Positions 12,205-24,610 of a stretch of 64,000 nucleotides of DNA are shown in pieces. The stretch comes from Ylistrum balloti (Eukaryota): assembly GCF_031769215.1 (NCBI RefSeq), contig NW_026782315.1:372001-436000 (forward strand), read 5' to 3'. The position numbers and the translations under genes are program-made. Within the stretch, counting starts at the first letter, position 1. The number at the start of each line of letters is the position of its first letter. A model generated the notes under the pieces. That model searched no databases and had not been told where the DNA came from. It saw only the letters and a list, made by a program, of their open reading frames with translations.

Positions 12205-14060
12205 GTGGTCTCTTTTGGCTGTTAAACGTTACAATTGCTTTTTAATGCTGTTTAGTCTGGTCAAGGAATTTGGTCGGTTGGGACTGGCACAACCACCTGT
12301 TCTTTGACCTTCAGTGATATTGTTGTTTTACTAGGATGTGTTTTGCTATTGTACCTTTCCTGTTTTATGTGTTTTAACATTAGTTTCTTTTATTTTTCTT
12401 ACTCAACATTATTTTAACTATCAAAATAAGGTCTTGATTATTTCCTGATTTTTACCAAAAAACAATTTCTAAATTAATTAGTTTTGTGATTATAATCTAC
12501 TTTTGTAATCTCATTAAGCTACAGTATTTTCAAGTTGTGCTATATACCATTAACTCACTGTGATAAATGCTATGATGATACTATGACTATTATATTATGC
12601 ATGTTTAGTTGAATTTTATTTCACAATTCCTTCTGTGATACTATTCTTTGTCTTATATCTTTTTAATGCTTGTTGTAGGTCTTCTGAGCTGACGTTACAT
12701 TTTATTTTGTACGACAAAAAACAAAATTTCTTGTATCTTGTCCAGTAAATGTTTTATATGAGCTGGTTAATATATGATTATTCACAAACTCTGTACTTAT
12801 AATTAAGGGTTTACATTTTGAGACAGAAGGAATACTATAGTCGTATGGTAGTATGTAGAATCGAAGTTTCTTCCGGTACTCACCTGTAACTTATAAAATT
12901 GATCGAGGCGTGAACAGAGTGGATACAAGGAAGCGAGGATAAAGACAAAGAGAGAAAAGAAAGGCAAATCTACAGCATTAGCATTATGTATACGTACAAT
13001 GTAGACTTTTAAATACTTTACTGTCTTTAACGAAATCAACGTAAGCCTGGCTCTCATAAATATACATTAATTGATTAATACATAACCTTTATAAAAACAG
13101 CTTTATGTTGTCTAACTCTGGTTTGAATATGGACTACATATCTTGAACAAAGGCGTTAAAAAACTTTACTAGGAACTTGGGCCCTTGAACAGTGTACTGA
13201 GAAAATGGGCCCCTGAACACTGTACTGATCACCAAAATTTTATGTGATGTAAGACTTTATGTTGTGGTACTAGGATATTAATATGGACTATCGATTGGGA
13301 GTTCATAATATATCTTTAACTAAAACGATGACCACCAAACTTAAAGGTATAGAACTACATGATGTGATAGTACGCTGTAAATGTTAACTAAAGGGTCCAT
13401 CGATGATACCTTAATAGCTCTTTGGACTCTTGGAATAGCTTGGAAATTGGGAACTAATCCTAGTTTCAAACAAAAGCCAAGCTTCAACTTGAACTATATA
13501 CATAATGGGATTACACGTCGTGTTTAAAGACGAATTATTCTCAAAGAAGATGATATTGCAGATATTATTGAATTTTAAAATGTAATGCGCTGCTCAGGAA
13601 ATGATACATGACCAATGAGTGCTGGATACAATGCCAATTTGAGAGCTATGTATTGGATCGGCGGGAAAATGTGCATCGCGGGGAAGTCACGTGCTCAGAC
13701 CAGAAGTTTTCAATGACGGAAACCGCCAAAAGGTGTTGGATCGCGGCGAATGAAACAGTGGTTACTGTTACGAAAACAGCGCTTTCATTGTTCAGCTGGA
13801 TCATTCAATGTAAAGTGCTACATTTTACAGGGATTGTTTTATTTTTTGGTAGGTAAAGGATACTGTTTCAATATGGACAGAACTCAGCGACAAGTCATGA
13901 TAAAGGCAACAATCGTTTTGCATAATATTTAGGCTAGTTTAAATATGGGTCCATTCACGAAAACACTGACTTGTCTTCAGTTCATTAGAGGGATCTTAGA
14001 TACTTATCAATCCCATTCAATCAAAATCATCGTATGAACGAGGGTCAGTGAAAGTTAACA

Positions 14061-14094
14061 AAAATGGCGTCCGTCTTATCAATGAGTGACGTCA
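14061..14094. promoter_or_regulatory. YY1-like (AAAATGGCG, 14061-14069) and CRE (TGACGTCA, 14087-14094) motifs in CpG-enriched DNA upstream of SRPK
   Basis: Exact consensus matches in a locally CpG-rich stretch; function not shown. Confidence 0.4.
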
Positions 14095-14271
14095 TGATAT
14101 ACGGAACGTTGCGTGGTATTTAATGGCGCCAAATATATGGAATAGTTGCACAAGCACGTGGTCAAAAGAGTTTTCGGTGTCGTAATAATTCTTGTCACAG
14201 GCTGCACGTGCAGCATTTACAATGTTTTTATTGTAATATGACAATTAGCGTGTGCAATTTCGCGAAACGTT

Positions 14272-14358
14272 TTTTTTTTCTTTCAAAATATTTTATTAAT
14301 ACAAAAACAAATTGCATTAATAGGATCGGACAGCAGGCATAAGCCTATATAAGTCCTC
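14272..14358 (-). mobile_element. 87-bp 5'-truncated non-LTR retrotransposon 3' end with poly(A), flanked by a 12-bp target-site duplication
   Basis: TCGCGAAACGTT at 14260-14271 and 14359-14370. The minus strand of the insert ends AATAAAATATTTTGAAAGAAAAAAAA. Confidence 0.75.
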
Positions 14359-14873
14359 TCGCGAAACGTTCCAGCATGAAATGTCGATTTGTTGTAACCG
14401 GCGTTTTAGGAGCACGACTCCTACATAAGACTTGCTAAAATCAAGGAATACATGCCCTATGGAACTCTATATGATTATCTGAACATCACTTCTCTTCACT
14501 TGACTGAAACTAAAAAGTGCTTGGTCCATATATGAGTGAAAAAAGAAAACCGTCAAGTTACTGATGATTGAATGTTCCATAGGCCATATTTACTACAGAC
14601 TCAGTTACGAATATTATATCTAGTGTCCGACTAGCGTGACAGAATCCATCAACCGATTTTCACTGTTGTGACCATAATCGGCTTCTGTAAAACATTATTA
14701 TGGTGGGACTTAACAGTTCTGAAGATATGAAGTTAGAATGTAATGAAATGTGAGTTATAATAGAATATGTCTGAGACTTTAAAAAAAAAAAAAAGCATTA
14801 TGTGTTACGATAAATACGGTACTTAGAATTTTTTGAAAATGCTTTCAGTATTACGATAGATACGGTAATTTTG

Positions 14874-14922
14874 CGGAAGTGTAGTTTTCCCAGCATGCAA
14901 CTAAGCAACAAGACGCATGCGT
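14874..14922 (+). promoter_or_regulatory. Proximal SRPK promoter/5'UTR motifs: ETS (CGGAAGTG, 14874-14881) and NRF1-like palindrome (ACGCATGCGT, 14913-14922)
   Basis: Motif matches 40-90 bp upstream of the inferred ATG; typical of housekeeping promoters. Confidence 0.45.
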
Positions 14923-14960
14923 ACTCTGCGACTGATGGTAGAGTGAATGAAAATACGAGG

Positions 14961-14985
14961 ATGAGCTCTAAAATTCCTCGTAAAG
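14961..14985 (+). CDS. SRPK: SRSF protein kinase, coding exon 1 (MSSKIPRK)
   Basis: ATG...AAAG|gtacta, phase 1, followed by an 88-bp intron. The joined reading MSSKIPRKALAIQSRKKR matches SRPK N-termini (MSSRKVLAIQARKRR / MERKVLALQARKKR). Confidence 0.8.
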
Positions 14986-15073
14986 GTACTAATATAACGT
15001 TATTATTGAAGGATCTTATTTGATGGTAAAACTGAAATAATTGTGATTTACGCATTGCCATTTTTTCTTTCAG

Positions 15074-15149
15074 CGCTGGCCATCCAGAGCCGCAAAAAAC
15101 GCTCTAAGGCTAAACCGCGGTTCAAGAATGATGATAAAAAGAGCACATC
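15074..15149 (+). CDS. SRPK: SRSF protein kinase, coding exon 2 (ALAIQSRKKRSKAKPRFKNDDKKST)
   Basis: Strong acceptor ttttttctttcag and donor TC|gtaagt, phase 2, which matches the phase of the 51249 acceptor. Confidence 0.88.
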
Positions 15150-18100
15150 GTAAGTATTTTCGCCAATACATAACAAGAGATATGTTTTGAAAATACTGTG
15201 TTGTATGTTAGATCATATTTGTAATGTTTAGAAAAGATATAAGGCACTGACAATACCACCTGTCACCCGTATATGTCAATATACACTTGTGACTCATGTC
15301 GTTCGCGGTGTCTACCCAAATATTAAATACATGTGTGTATTATCGATTCAAACGGTGGCGAGAGTAACAAGTGAAGCTACTGTGTTGATTGATCATGTTT
15401 CCCAGTTGTTTTTGAGAGTACTCAAGAAAGAATTACGTTTGGAACCAATAACTCATCCATTTCTATCTTCGAGCACTGAATGGTGCCGTCAGTTCCTCAT
15501 TGAAACACGTGTTATTACATTCCACTTCGACAGCTGATACAGAACATGTGGCGACTTGAGACATAACAAAAAGAAAGATACACAACTGTTGTAAACATAA
15601 CCAGTCAACTTTTAATCCACGGACTATGAGTCAATTATTAGCTTATTTCTTGTGGAATACATTGTCATATTGAAAGTTGTGTGGTAATTTTGAATTATTT
15701 GCTCTACATTGTTTGATAATCATATTCAGTTTGGATGTAGTGTATCTAGGATAATTGCATTGAAGATCTTTTATCAAGGAAGTTCAATAATTTAGAAATG
15801 ACAGTAGTTAAATATTTATGTGGCTATCAGTGTAACACTAGGCCATATTAATTTGCACCATTTGCTGTGTTGACTTCATCATTTAATATATTTAATTGAT
15901 ACACAACATATTTAATATTTGCTCTATTAAAAGGTCCTCTCTGACACTTCAAGGCTATCTTCTAGCTCCTCTGTTCCACAAATTCTGTTTACTGTTGACA
16001 TATATACATTGTAAGCTTACGTAGTAATACCAACATAGTGATTTTTAGACCTAAATTATCTCTAAATTTCATATTTTGAATTAAAAACTATGATTAGTTC
16101 ATCAGAAAAATTGTATGGAGATAATTAGGATAAATATGATGGCTTAAGTATATTTTCTCAGGTTTGAAATTTTTAAGAAGCAATCTTCCCCTGAAAATTC
16201 TAATACTACTCCAAGTCATGATTGCATCATTATGGCAGGTATTTTGAAGTATGAAACTTTAATATTTATGATCATGCCAATAGTTGTTCTTGACATCTCT
16301 AGAATAAATTGCATCCTTTAAAAAACCAAATTCAACTCTGTTTTGTGAATTCCTTTGATATATTTTACTACTGGTGAGAACACTGTATACCATATGTATC
16401 GATACTCCAATGTAGATTCATCAGGAATCTGGTCTTACTGAATGCACACTTGGGAATGTTGTGTGACCACCCCAGTGATTATTTATGGCAGTGTTTACAC
16501 AATACTCTTGCAATGCTGTACACTGTCAATATACCACTCATTGATTTATATATTCACATGAGAGGTATTATAGTAGTACACATAGAATTGAATAAAAAAT
16601 TTATAATTCTATGAAAGTAATGTATTGTTCAGATTATTTCATGGTGAATTATAGATTTTAAAAATGCACATGCAAAATATTTAGATATGAAGGCAACATT
16701 AGGAAAGAGTTCATTAGAGAACCTTTCTTTTGGATTCAATTTTTCTTTTGTATCATAATCACCATGGTGACTATTGAAAACCTATTAAGGTCAAACTGCT
16801 CAATATTTTCTATATAAACACATATGTTTGTTAATATGAATTTAGATATGAAATGATAAAGGAGACTTGATATTTCATGAAAAAACTCTTTGATGCTAGC
16901 ATATATATCATCCCAAACTCCAGAGTGCCTATTACAACATTGATTTGATATTTCATGTGTAACACAAGGGAGATAACTGAAAAAGGAATGGTAACATATA
17001 CAAATAGTTTAATTGAAAGCTATTAATGAATAAGCTCAGGAAGCAAAATTCAATTTTACCAGTGAAAGACAATATCTGTAGAACTGAAAAAATCAATTTT
17101 ATCTATGATAGTCAATACCTGTTGGTTGCAGTAATGTATATGGACTCATGTTTAGGATAATTATAAGGAATACCAACTCTGTATAAATGAAGAGCATTGA
17201 CTTTTAGTACTTCTCGAGATGCTAGTCATGATGGTTTTAAAAAGAAATAAAATTGTGTTGCCAATAAAGCAAACATTTTGACCAAGATAATTGATTTCTT
17301 TCAAAGTTTAATACAAACCAATAATGTTTAAAAATAAAGAAAATGAAAGTGATTTGAAAATATTAATTGAAAGCAATAAGATAATTTACAACAGGAAGAG
17401 AACTTGGTTAGATGATGTAGTCATCATGCAGACACAATGTTTCTTTTAATTCTGCTATTTTTTTATTGGAAGAAACCAGAGTGTTGGGTGTATTTTCATC
17501 AAAATAATACATCTCTGATATATATATACAGAATATATGTATATCGATTTGAAAAAAAAAATGAATAAATAATAATACATACCAGTAAGGTGTATTTTAT
17601 TTTATGAATGGTTACATCAACCTCCATGCTTTCCCACGTTCCTAATTTGGAATGGGGAGGGGTAACATACTATACTGTTTAAATAATATAATGGCATATT
17701 GATTATTCAGTCCATATCCTTGCAATACCTGATTTGGAGCTGGGGAATGGAAACAATTCCTGACACCTGAAACAGAATATTTCAGATGTTATTGATTATT
17801 CTTGTATATTTTTTCACTGAACTTTGTACACCGGATTTCTTTCACCTGAAGCAAGAAAAGAAGGTAATCAATGCTTATTGAGTTGATGAAAATATTACAG
17901 AACACCTTTAAAGATTAACAATGAGAGCATTTCTTCCATACCCATCAGAATATAATGTATTGTATTCATTGGTGCAGAACTGATCACAGGTGAAGTCCTG
18001 TGTTTACATGTATACAACACACACAAGTACCAGGAAGATCAGCTATACAATATTGTATATTTACTACTAAGTGCAATGTATTGTTGAAAGAGAAGGGGCA

Positions 18101-20668
18101 GGAAGCTGCCTATTAATGTTAGTTTTAATGTTAAAAAGTTAATTACATGACCTGATGTTTCGTTTCTATGGATATTGTCTTCATGTCGTATGCCATGTCT
18201 GAGGAATAAAGATGTCATTAGGACTATAATTAATGAGTTTATACATGTAGAGTCCATGTTTGCACCTTGCACTCAGTGACCTTTACTAATGTAACTTCTC
18301 AATGAGATGACAATGTTCATTATGAATTTAAAATAAAAAGCCTGTTAAAACAACAGCATTGCTTGGTAACTCATGACCATCTTTGTGTTAACAGTAGACT
18401 TTGTATTGTGAATGAACGATATGATAATAAATACTGAATGCACAAGCTTGTTTTGAAGAAATGGCAGTGGTCTTTTGAAGCGCACCTTTAGTCTCTGTCT
18501 TTTGTTTGTTTCTTGATATGACCTTTGCTTACATGTAATTTGGTTTAGAAATTCGTCTATATTGAGTATTTCATTTGTGTGATCAGCATCGTGTTTAATG
18601 AATAGTCAACTATAATATGTAGGTATATGGGATAATCCCATTCATCCAAGGCTTCTTTGATGTGATGGATGAAAAAAAATGGTGTCTGAGGACTTCATGA
18701 AATATGTACTTGTCAACTCAAAAGATGTGTAACACTCTTTCAAGAATTAAAAATACCCAACCAATAATGGTGACGGACCAGGCATATAACCTTTGTCTAG
18801 AAAACATCTGTATGACTAGTCCATTACATACGAAGGACTGCAATGGAAGAGAATTTGTAGTCTACCATTTGGTATTGTATTTGTGTTAAGTACCATGGTA
18901 ACATAACAAGTCTAACCAAAATTTTACACCCTCAATAAATCCATTTCTTAAATATCTATATGTAGTTGACAATTAAATCAATCTTCCCTTGCACTTTTGA
19001 AGTATTGGAAATTCTGCAGCCTACAATATCATAATTTATTATCAGATGAATATTTCATATGTAACTGTGGTAAATACTAGGTGCAACATGAGGCATCATA
19101 AAATATTTGTTACATCCTCGACAAATATTTTTTAAAAGTTTAAAATTCAAAGTGAAACACAATGATGTAGTAGATTTTACATCATCAAATGTTGCGTCCT
19201 GACAAACAAAAGAGAAGATAGTTCTACTTTGAATGAAAACAGGATACAGCTGTTTATTTAGAGTTCCTGGATTAAACGGACACCAAAGACTGTTCATTTG
19301 GGAATATATTTCTTCTCAAGTACCTTTTATTGTCAAATTCATGAAAAATTACTCTCTATTTAAATTCAGGTATTGCCATGACTATTTGCATCTTTATTTT
19401 TAGATCATCAATTACGTTTTGTTTACCAAAAAAAAAAATGGACGTAAATAGGACACCAGTTCGTAAACAAGTTTTTAGGGGTGCAAATAGATGTATTTTT
19501 TTTTCTACATTGTGATTGAATAAATTTTAAAATGTTTAAAGCATTTTATCTCTTAACAATTTATTCACCAGTTGCAATTATGGTGTCCAGCATGACATCC
19601 AGTTCAGAGGACACCAGTTTGTAAACAAGTTTTTAGGGGTACAAATAGAGAAGGCATTATACGAGGAAGCGAAGCAGAAAGAAAAAATGGATACACCTGT
19701 CATACACCAGAAAATTTTAATGTTAAATGTAATGTCATGCAAAGTTGTTTTTCACAGAGTATTGTCTGTGCACATTTCATTATCAAAATAGTAAATCTAT
19801 TGCAGAATGGAAAGACGTAATTAAGACACTATATTGTGTTTTATGTCCTGTGTGTCCTAGGAACAACTAGCGATATAATACATGTCATGATTTTTATCTA
19901 CTACCTGTTAAATGGAAAAGGATCTTTTGGGTTTTGTCGTGTTATATATAGCTAAGAATCAAACATATCGGTCACATTTGAGAGTAGTTAATCAGGACAT
20001 AACAATGGATGCTAAAACGCATCAAACAGTATAGCAAAGCTCGGCTAAAATTGGTCATATTACTGCACAATATTTCATCGCTGTTTGATCTTCAACTGTC
20101 ATTGAGAAAACTGAGAAAGAATCAGGATCAAACAAAACATTCTAATTATCTGATGTATTTGATTCAAGCATGTTTCATACAGGTGAGTTTTACTGTAATT
20201 ATCTTTCATTTAGCAAACAAGATTTGGAGATATATTTTATGATACCAAATTCCTCCTCAGATACCATGACTTGGTTAGAGAGAATTTCTTCTTTAGCTAG
20301 ACCAGAAGTCACAAGTTCTAATCAGGGCTCTGGAAAAATATTTCAAATCACTAATCACATGACTAGTGGGCTGAAAAATTTACTCCTCCGGATTGGAAAT
20401 TTACTCATCCAAATTCAGCAATGAAATGACGACTTAATCAGAAAGGATGTGACATGTGACTTTTTTCTATTTTTATTTTAAGTTTTAGTGAAAAAACCAT
20501 GCAGTGGTGGCTTTGCGTCAGACATTGTGTGTGACTTAGGCCTAGCTGTAGTGTTTGTTTACATCTGACTGACTAGGTGCTACTAAATACAGACCGGTAC
20601 ATGTTGGTACTGCCCCAGAGCACCTGACATCAGTTTGACTGCAGGAAAATGACTAAGGTATTCCAAAT

Positions 20669-20828
20669 CAGGGCTCTCGATCAGCCAGATTTATCGGCCC
20701 CATTCCTAATGCAAAATAGTATCTTTTTTCCCAATTTAGACCCAAAGTTTTTCCTAATTCTAAGGAAAACACCATTATTTTTTCCAATTCTAAGGGCCCC
20801 AGTCGCAAAATGGGGTGTGAAAGCCCTG
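20669..20828. mobile_element. 160-bp MITE with CAGGGCT...AGCCCTG termini and a 5-bp flanking duplication (CAAAT); hAT-like
   Basis: Inverted termini at 20669 and 20828; CAAAT at 20664-20668 and 20829-20833. Confidence 0.7.
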
Positions 20829-20983
20829 CAAATGCTATATCTGACGTCATGGAAGTTCCAATCAAAAGTTAGAGTGCAGGCTGGAATATTTTGTTTTCGG
20901 AGTACCCTAAACACATTTCTTTGTTCTAATTTGTCTTTACATTTTTATTGAAATTTAAGTTGTAACATTAATATCATTGGAAA

Positions 20984-21071
20984 AAAGTACTCGTCCGACG
21001 GACAACCGACGACCGACAAAGATAAATCTGGTTGTCCATGATGACCGGACGAGTGCTTTTTCAGACCCCTG
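20984..21071. mobile_element. MITE remnant with a 15-bp internal inverted repeat (AAAAGTACTCGTCCG / CGGACGAGTGCTTTT) and a CAGACCCCTG end
   Basis: The inverted repeat is read directly. No matching left terminus or TSD was found. Confidence 0.4.
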
Positions 21072-21249
21072 TCTAATCCAAGTGAAGGCACTGAAATGAA
21101 ATAATGACCTCTATTTTATAGGCACCCATGTAAGGACATGGGAATTTTACTTCACCATGCATTATAAGCATCCCTGTAAATAAGAAGATGAGTTCTTTCC
21201 TGGATTGAGAGTATGTAACCCTTATAAATACTATCCGCTTTGATAGAGA

Positions 21250-21322
21250 ACATCTCTAGCTCAAATAGTTGAGTGTCAGACTAGTAAACCAGAGGTTCTG
21301 AGTTTGAATCCTAGCAGAGGCA
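21250..21322 (+). mobile_element. Degenerate tRNA-derived SINE head or tRNA pseudogene (Thr-AGT-like loop)
   Basis: A-box-like TAGCTCAAATAGTTGAG and B-box-like GAGTTTGAATCC at tRNA spacing; stems are degraded. Confidence 0.6.
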
Positions 21323-22924
21323 TTGAAATAAAAACGACCTGTTACATGTAGATGACCTATTAAAACTGACCATTGTTTAGTTTGGTAAATGTGCCTATGG
21401 AAGTGATGGGGTAGATAAAACATTCAATGTCCATGCATATATTGCATGTAAGAGCTTTTCAGAGAAGTAATATTAGAAATTAACTTTGATGTTTTTTCAG
21501 CTAGATTTCTGAAGTTACTGTCTCATGGAATAAATGTTGCTCCGCTGGCCCATCTTCAAAAATTCAGATATCATCAAGTCATGTTCATCTGGCTCCAGTA
21601 AATATCTTTGCTCTAGTATCTTTACATCTCTACCAAAGGATTAATTATATGGAGTGCCTTTGAACTTTTTTTATAGTTGGTTACATTGTACTTTTTTGTT
21701 AGTCATTTATCTGAGAAGGGTATTAAACCAATGTAGTCTGTTTTTGCTTGGTCCATTGTCCAGTTTTCCCCTCTATCTTATTTATATGTTGTTTTTTTTT
21801 TCTTTTTTTTTTCTTGGGGGGGGGGGGAAGAGGGGGTTCGATTTGGGTTGATTTGAAGTAAATTTGTTAGTAATATTTAATGTTCCATGACAGAGGTTCA
21901 GGAAAGTGTTTTCTGTAATGATATAATTCTATACATGAAATACTTCCTACCCTGATTTTCTTTGTATGTCATCAAAAGTTTTTGACTTCTGGTATGTTGT
22001 TGTCACAATGTAACCTTTTATAGAAGTTTCCTCTAAACTCTTTGTAAATCAGTAGATTAAATCATCATTTGGATTTGATTATTTTAGGATGAGTCTTTGT
22101 TTCTTTCATATTTTATATTTTGTCCAGAGATAAACTCCTATACTTTTTGACTAACTTTGAAATTTTGAAATAGATTGATTTAATTCATTCCTTGGAGAAA
22201 TGTTTCCTTTCCTTCATAAGTTAATTATTGTTTCTCAGAATTCAACTCATGTTCTTAAAAAGTTTGCTTTATTTCCATGTCATAAAGTAATGTTTTCCTG
22301 TGCAGTTTGTATTTCTTGAATGAAATGAAAGGTTTCTTACCTTGGCAAAATTAGCATTATTTTACTACATAGCATTTTAATTAAGCAATTTTCATGCATT
22401 TAATCTTGTTTCTGCTCTTAGACATAGCTTTCCATTACTTTTTGATTTGACATTTGATTTTGAAGAGTTATTGCCCTTTGTTCTTTTCAGCTTTGTAGTC
22501 TTGTCCCATTAGATTCTTTAATTCCCTCAGGTTTAAACTTAACTACTTTTAAATTTTATTACTTGGCTGAAGTAAATCTCAGCAAAAAATATTTTAGATG
22601 AGCTTAATTTCAATTTATCACATGAAGTTGTGCTTTCACAGTGGGATTCTCACTGGACAATTATTGTTTCATTTCAGTATTTCATCATATTCATTTTGAT
22701 GTGAAAATACATTTTCCTAACCTCTTACAATAAATGCTCCTGACAATTTATGAAAAAGTCTATGAAAACATTAAGTACATTGCTCGTGTGAAGATATATA
22801 AATGTCAGTTATTTATGTCTTTGTGAAGAAATATCTTACATTAAAGTCAGCTATAGGATATTTCATTTGTCACCTGGATTATGTAACTTTCAAATGCATC
22901 TATCTGAACTGAAAACAAGATAAC

Positions 22925-22932
<8 letters not shown>

Positions 22933-22962
<30 letters not shown>
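22933..22962. repeat. (AT)n microsatellite
   Basis: Read directly. Confidence 0.95.
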
Positions 22963-22966
<4 letters not shown>

Positions 22967-23586
22967 GTTTCAGTCTTATTTCATATGGTAACAAAGAAAG
23001 TATTACACAATGTATAAGCAATATCTTTCTATCAGTTATTGCCATTCATAATAGATATTTTTCATGTTTCTTTGGTTGGAATCTCGTCTAGAAAGGAGAT
23101 TTATCTTTAAAATGAGGTACACTAGTATACTCCTGGTGTTTGAAGTGGATGTTTTTCGGTGAACACCGATCAATTTAATTCAAAAATTAACTGAATAAAA
23201 AGGGAAGTATATGGTTGATTTGGAGAGTTACTATGAAAAAATGTCAAACTGAGCTTGACTTCTAAACCAGAAATACATAAGTGTGATGTTAAATTTCTGG
23301 CTAATGTAGGTGAATCATCACCACATTTCCTACAGTAATATAACATGCTGGTCAGGGAAGTTTTAAGGTCAGTGCTAACTAGGCAAAATGTACACATGTA
23401 TTGGTTTTGACCACATGCTGGTTGGTATAGTTCACCCAAGGATAGTGACTCTATTGATTCCTAATAACAAACAATCTCAACTTGGCCATGAATGATAACA
23501 TTGAGCTTCTACTTACCTCAGTTTAACCTCAGAAGAACTATAGCATATTTGGGATATAGGTTTAGAATGAAATTAATTTGTATCTA

Positions 23587-24610
23587 TACACAATGATGGG
23601 AGATATCCCTGTTTACAGTAACACTGATATCAGTACACAATGGTGGGAAATATCCCTGTTTACAGCAACACTGATATCAGTACACAATGGTGGGAGATAT
23701 CCCTGTTTACAGTAACACTGATGTCAGTACACAATGATGGGAGATATCCCTGTTTACAGTAACACTGATATCAGTACACAATGGTGGGAGATATCCCTGT
23801 TTACAGTAACACTGATATCAGTACACAATGGTGGGAAATATCCCTGTTTACAGCAACACTGATATCAGTACACAATGGTGGGAGATATCCCTGTTTACAG
23901 TAACACTGATGTCAGTACACAATGATGGGAGATATCACTGTATACAGTAACACTGATGTCACATCACTGTTTTCAGTAACACTGATGTCACATCACTGTT
24001 TACAGCAACACTGATATCAGTACACAATGGTGGGAGATATCCCTGTTTACAGTAACACTGATATCAGTACACAATGGTGGGAGATATCCCTGTTTACAGT
24101 AACACTGATGTCACATCACTGTTTACAGTAACACTGATATCAGTACACAATGATGGGAGATATCACTGTATACAGTAACACTGATGTCACATCACTGTTT
24201 TCAGTAACACTGATGTCACATCACTGTTTACAGTAACACTGATATCAGTACACAATGATGGGAGATATCCCTGTTTACAGTAACACTGATATCAGTACAC
24301 ATAGGTGGGAGATATCCCTGTTTACAGTAACACTGATGTCACATCACTGTTTACAGTAACACTGGTATCAGTACACAATGATGGGAGATATCACTGTATA
24401 CAGTAACACTGATGTCACATCACTGTTTACAGTAACACTGATATCAGTACACAATGATGGGAGATATCCCTGTTTACAGTAACACTGATATCAGTACACA
24501 TAGGTGGGAGATATCCCTGTTTACAGTAACACTGATGTCACATCACTGTTTACAGTAACACTGGTATCAGTACACAATGGTGGGAGATATCACTGTATAC
24601 AGTAACACTG
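23587..24610. repeat. Compound minisatellite: 47-bp unit interspersed with a 29-bp sub-unit (TCACTGTTTACAGTAACACTGATGTCACA)
   Basis: TACACAAT recurs at 23587 and 23634 (period 47); the shorter units appear from about 23940. Confidence 0.93.

Noticed and set aside
21250-21322. Functional tRNA-Thr gene
   Set aside because: The A and B boxes deviate from consensus and the acceptor and T stems do not pair; better explained as a SINE head or pseudogene.
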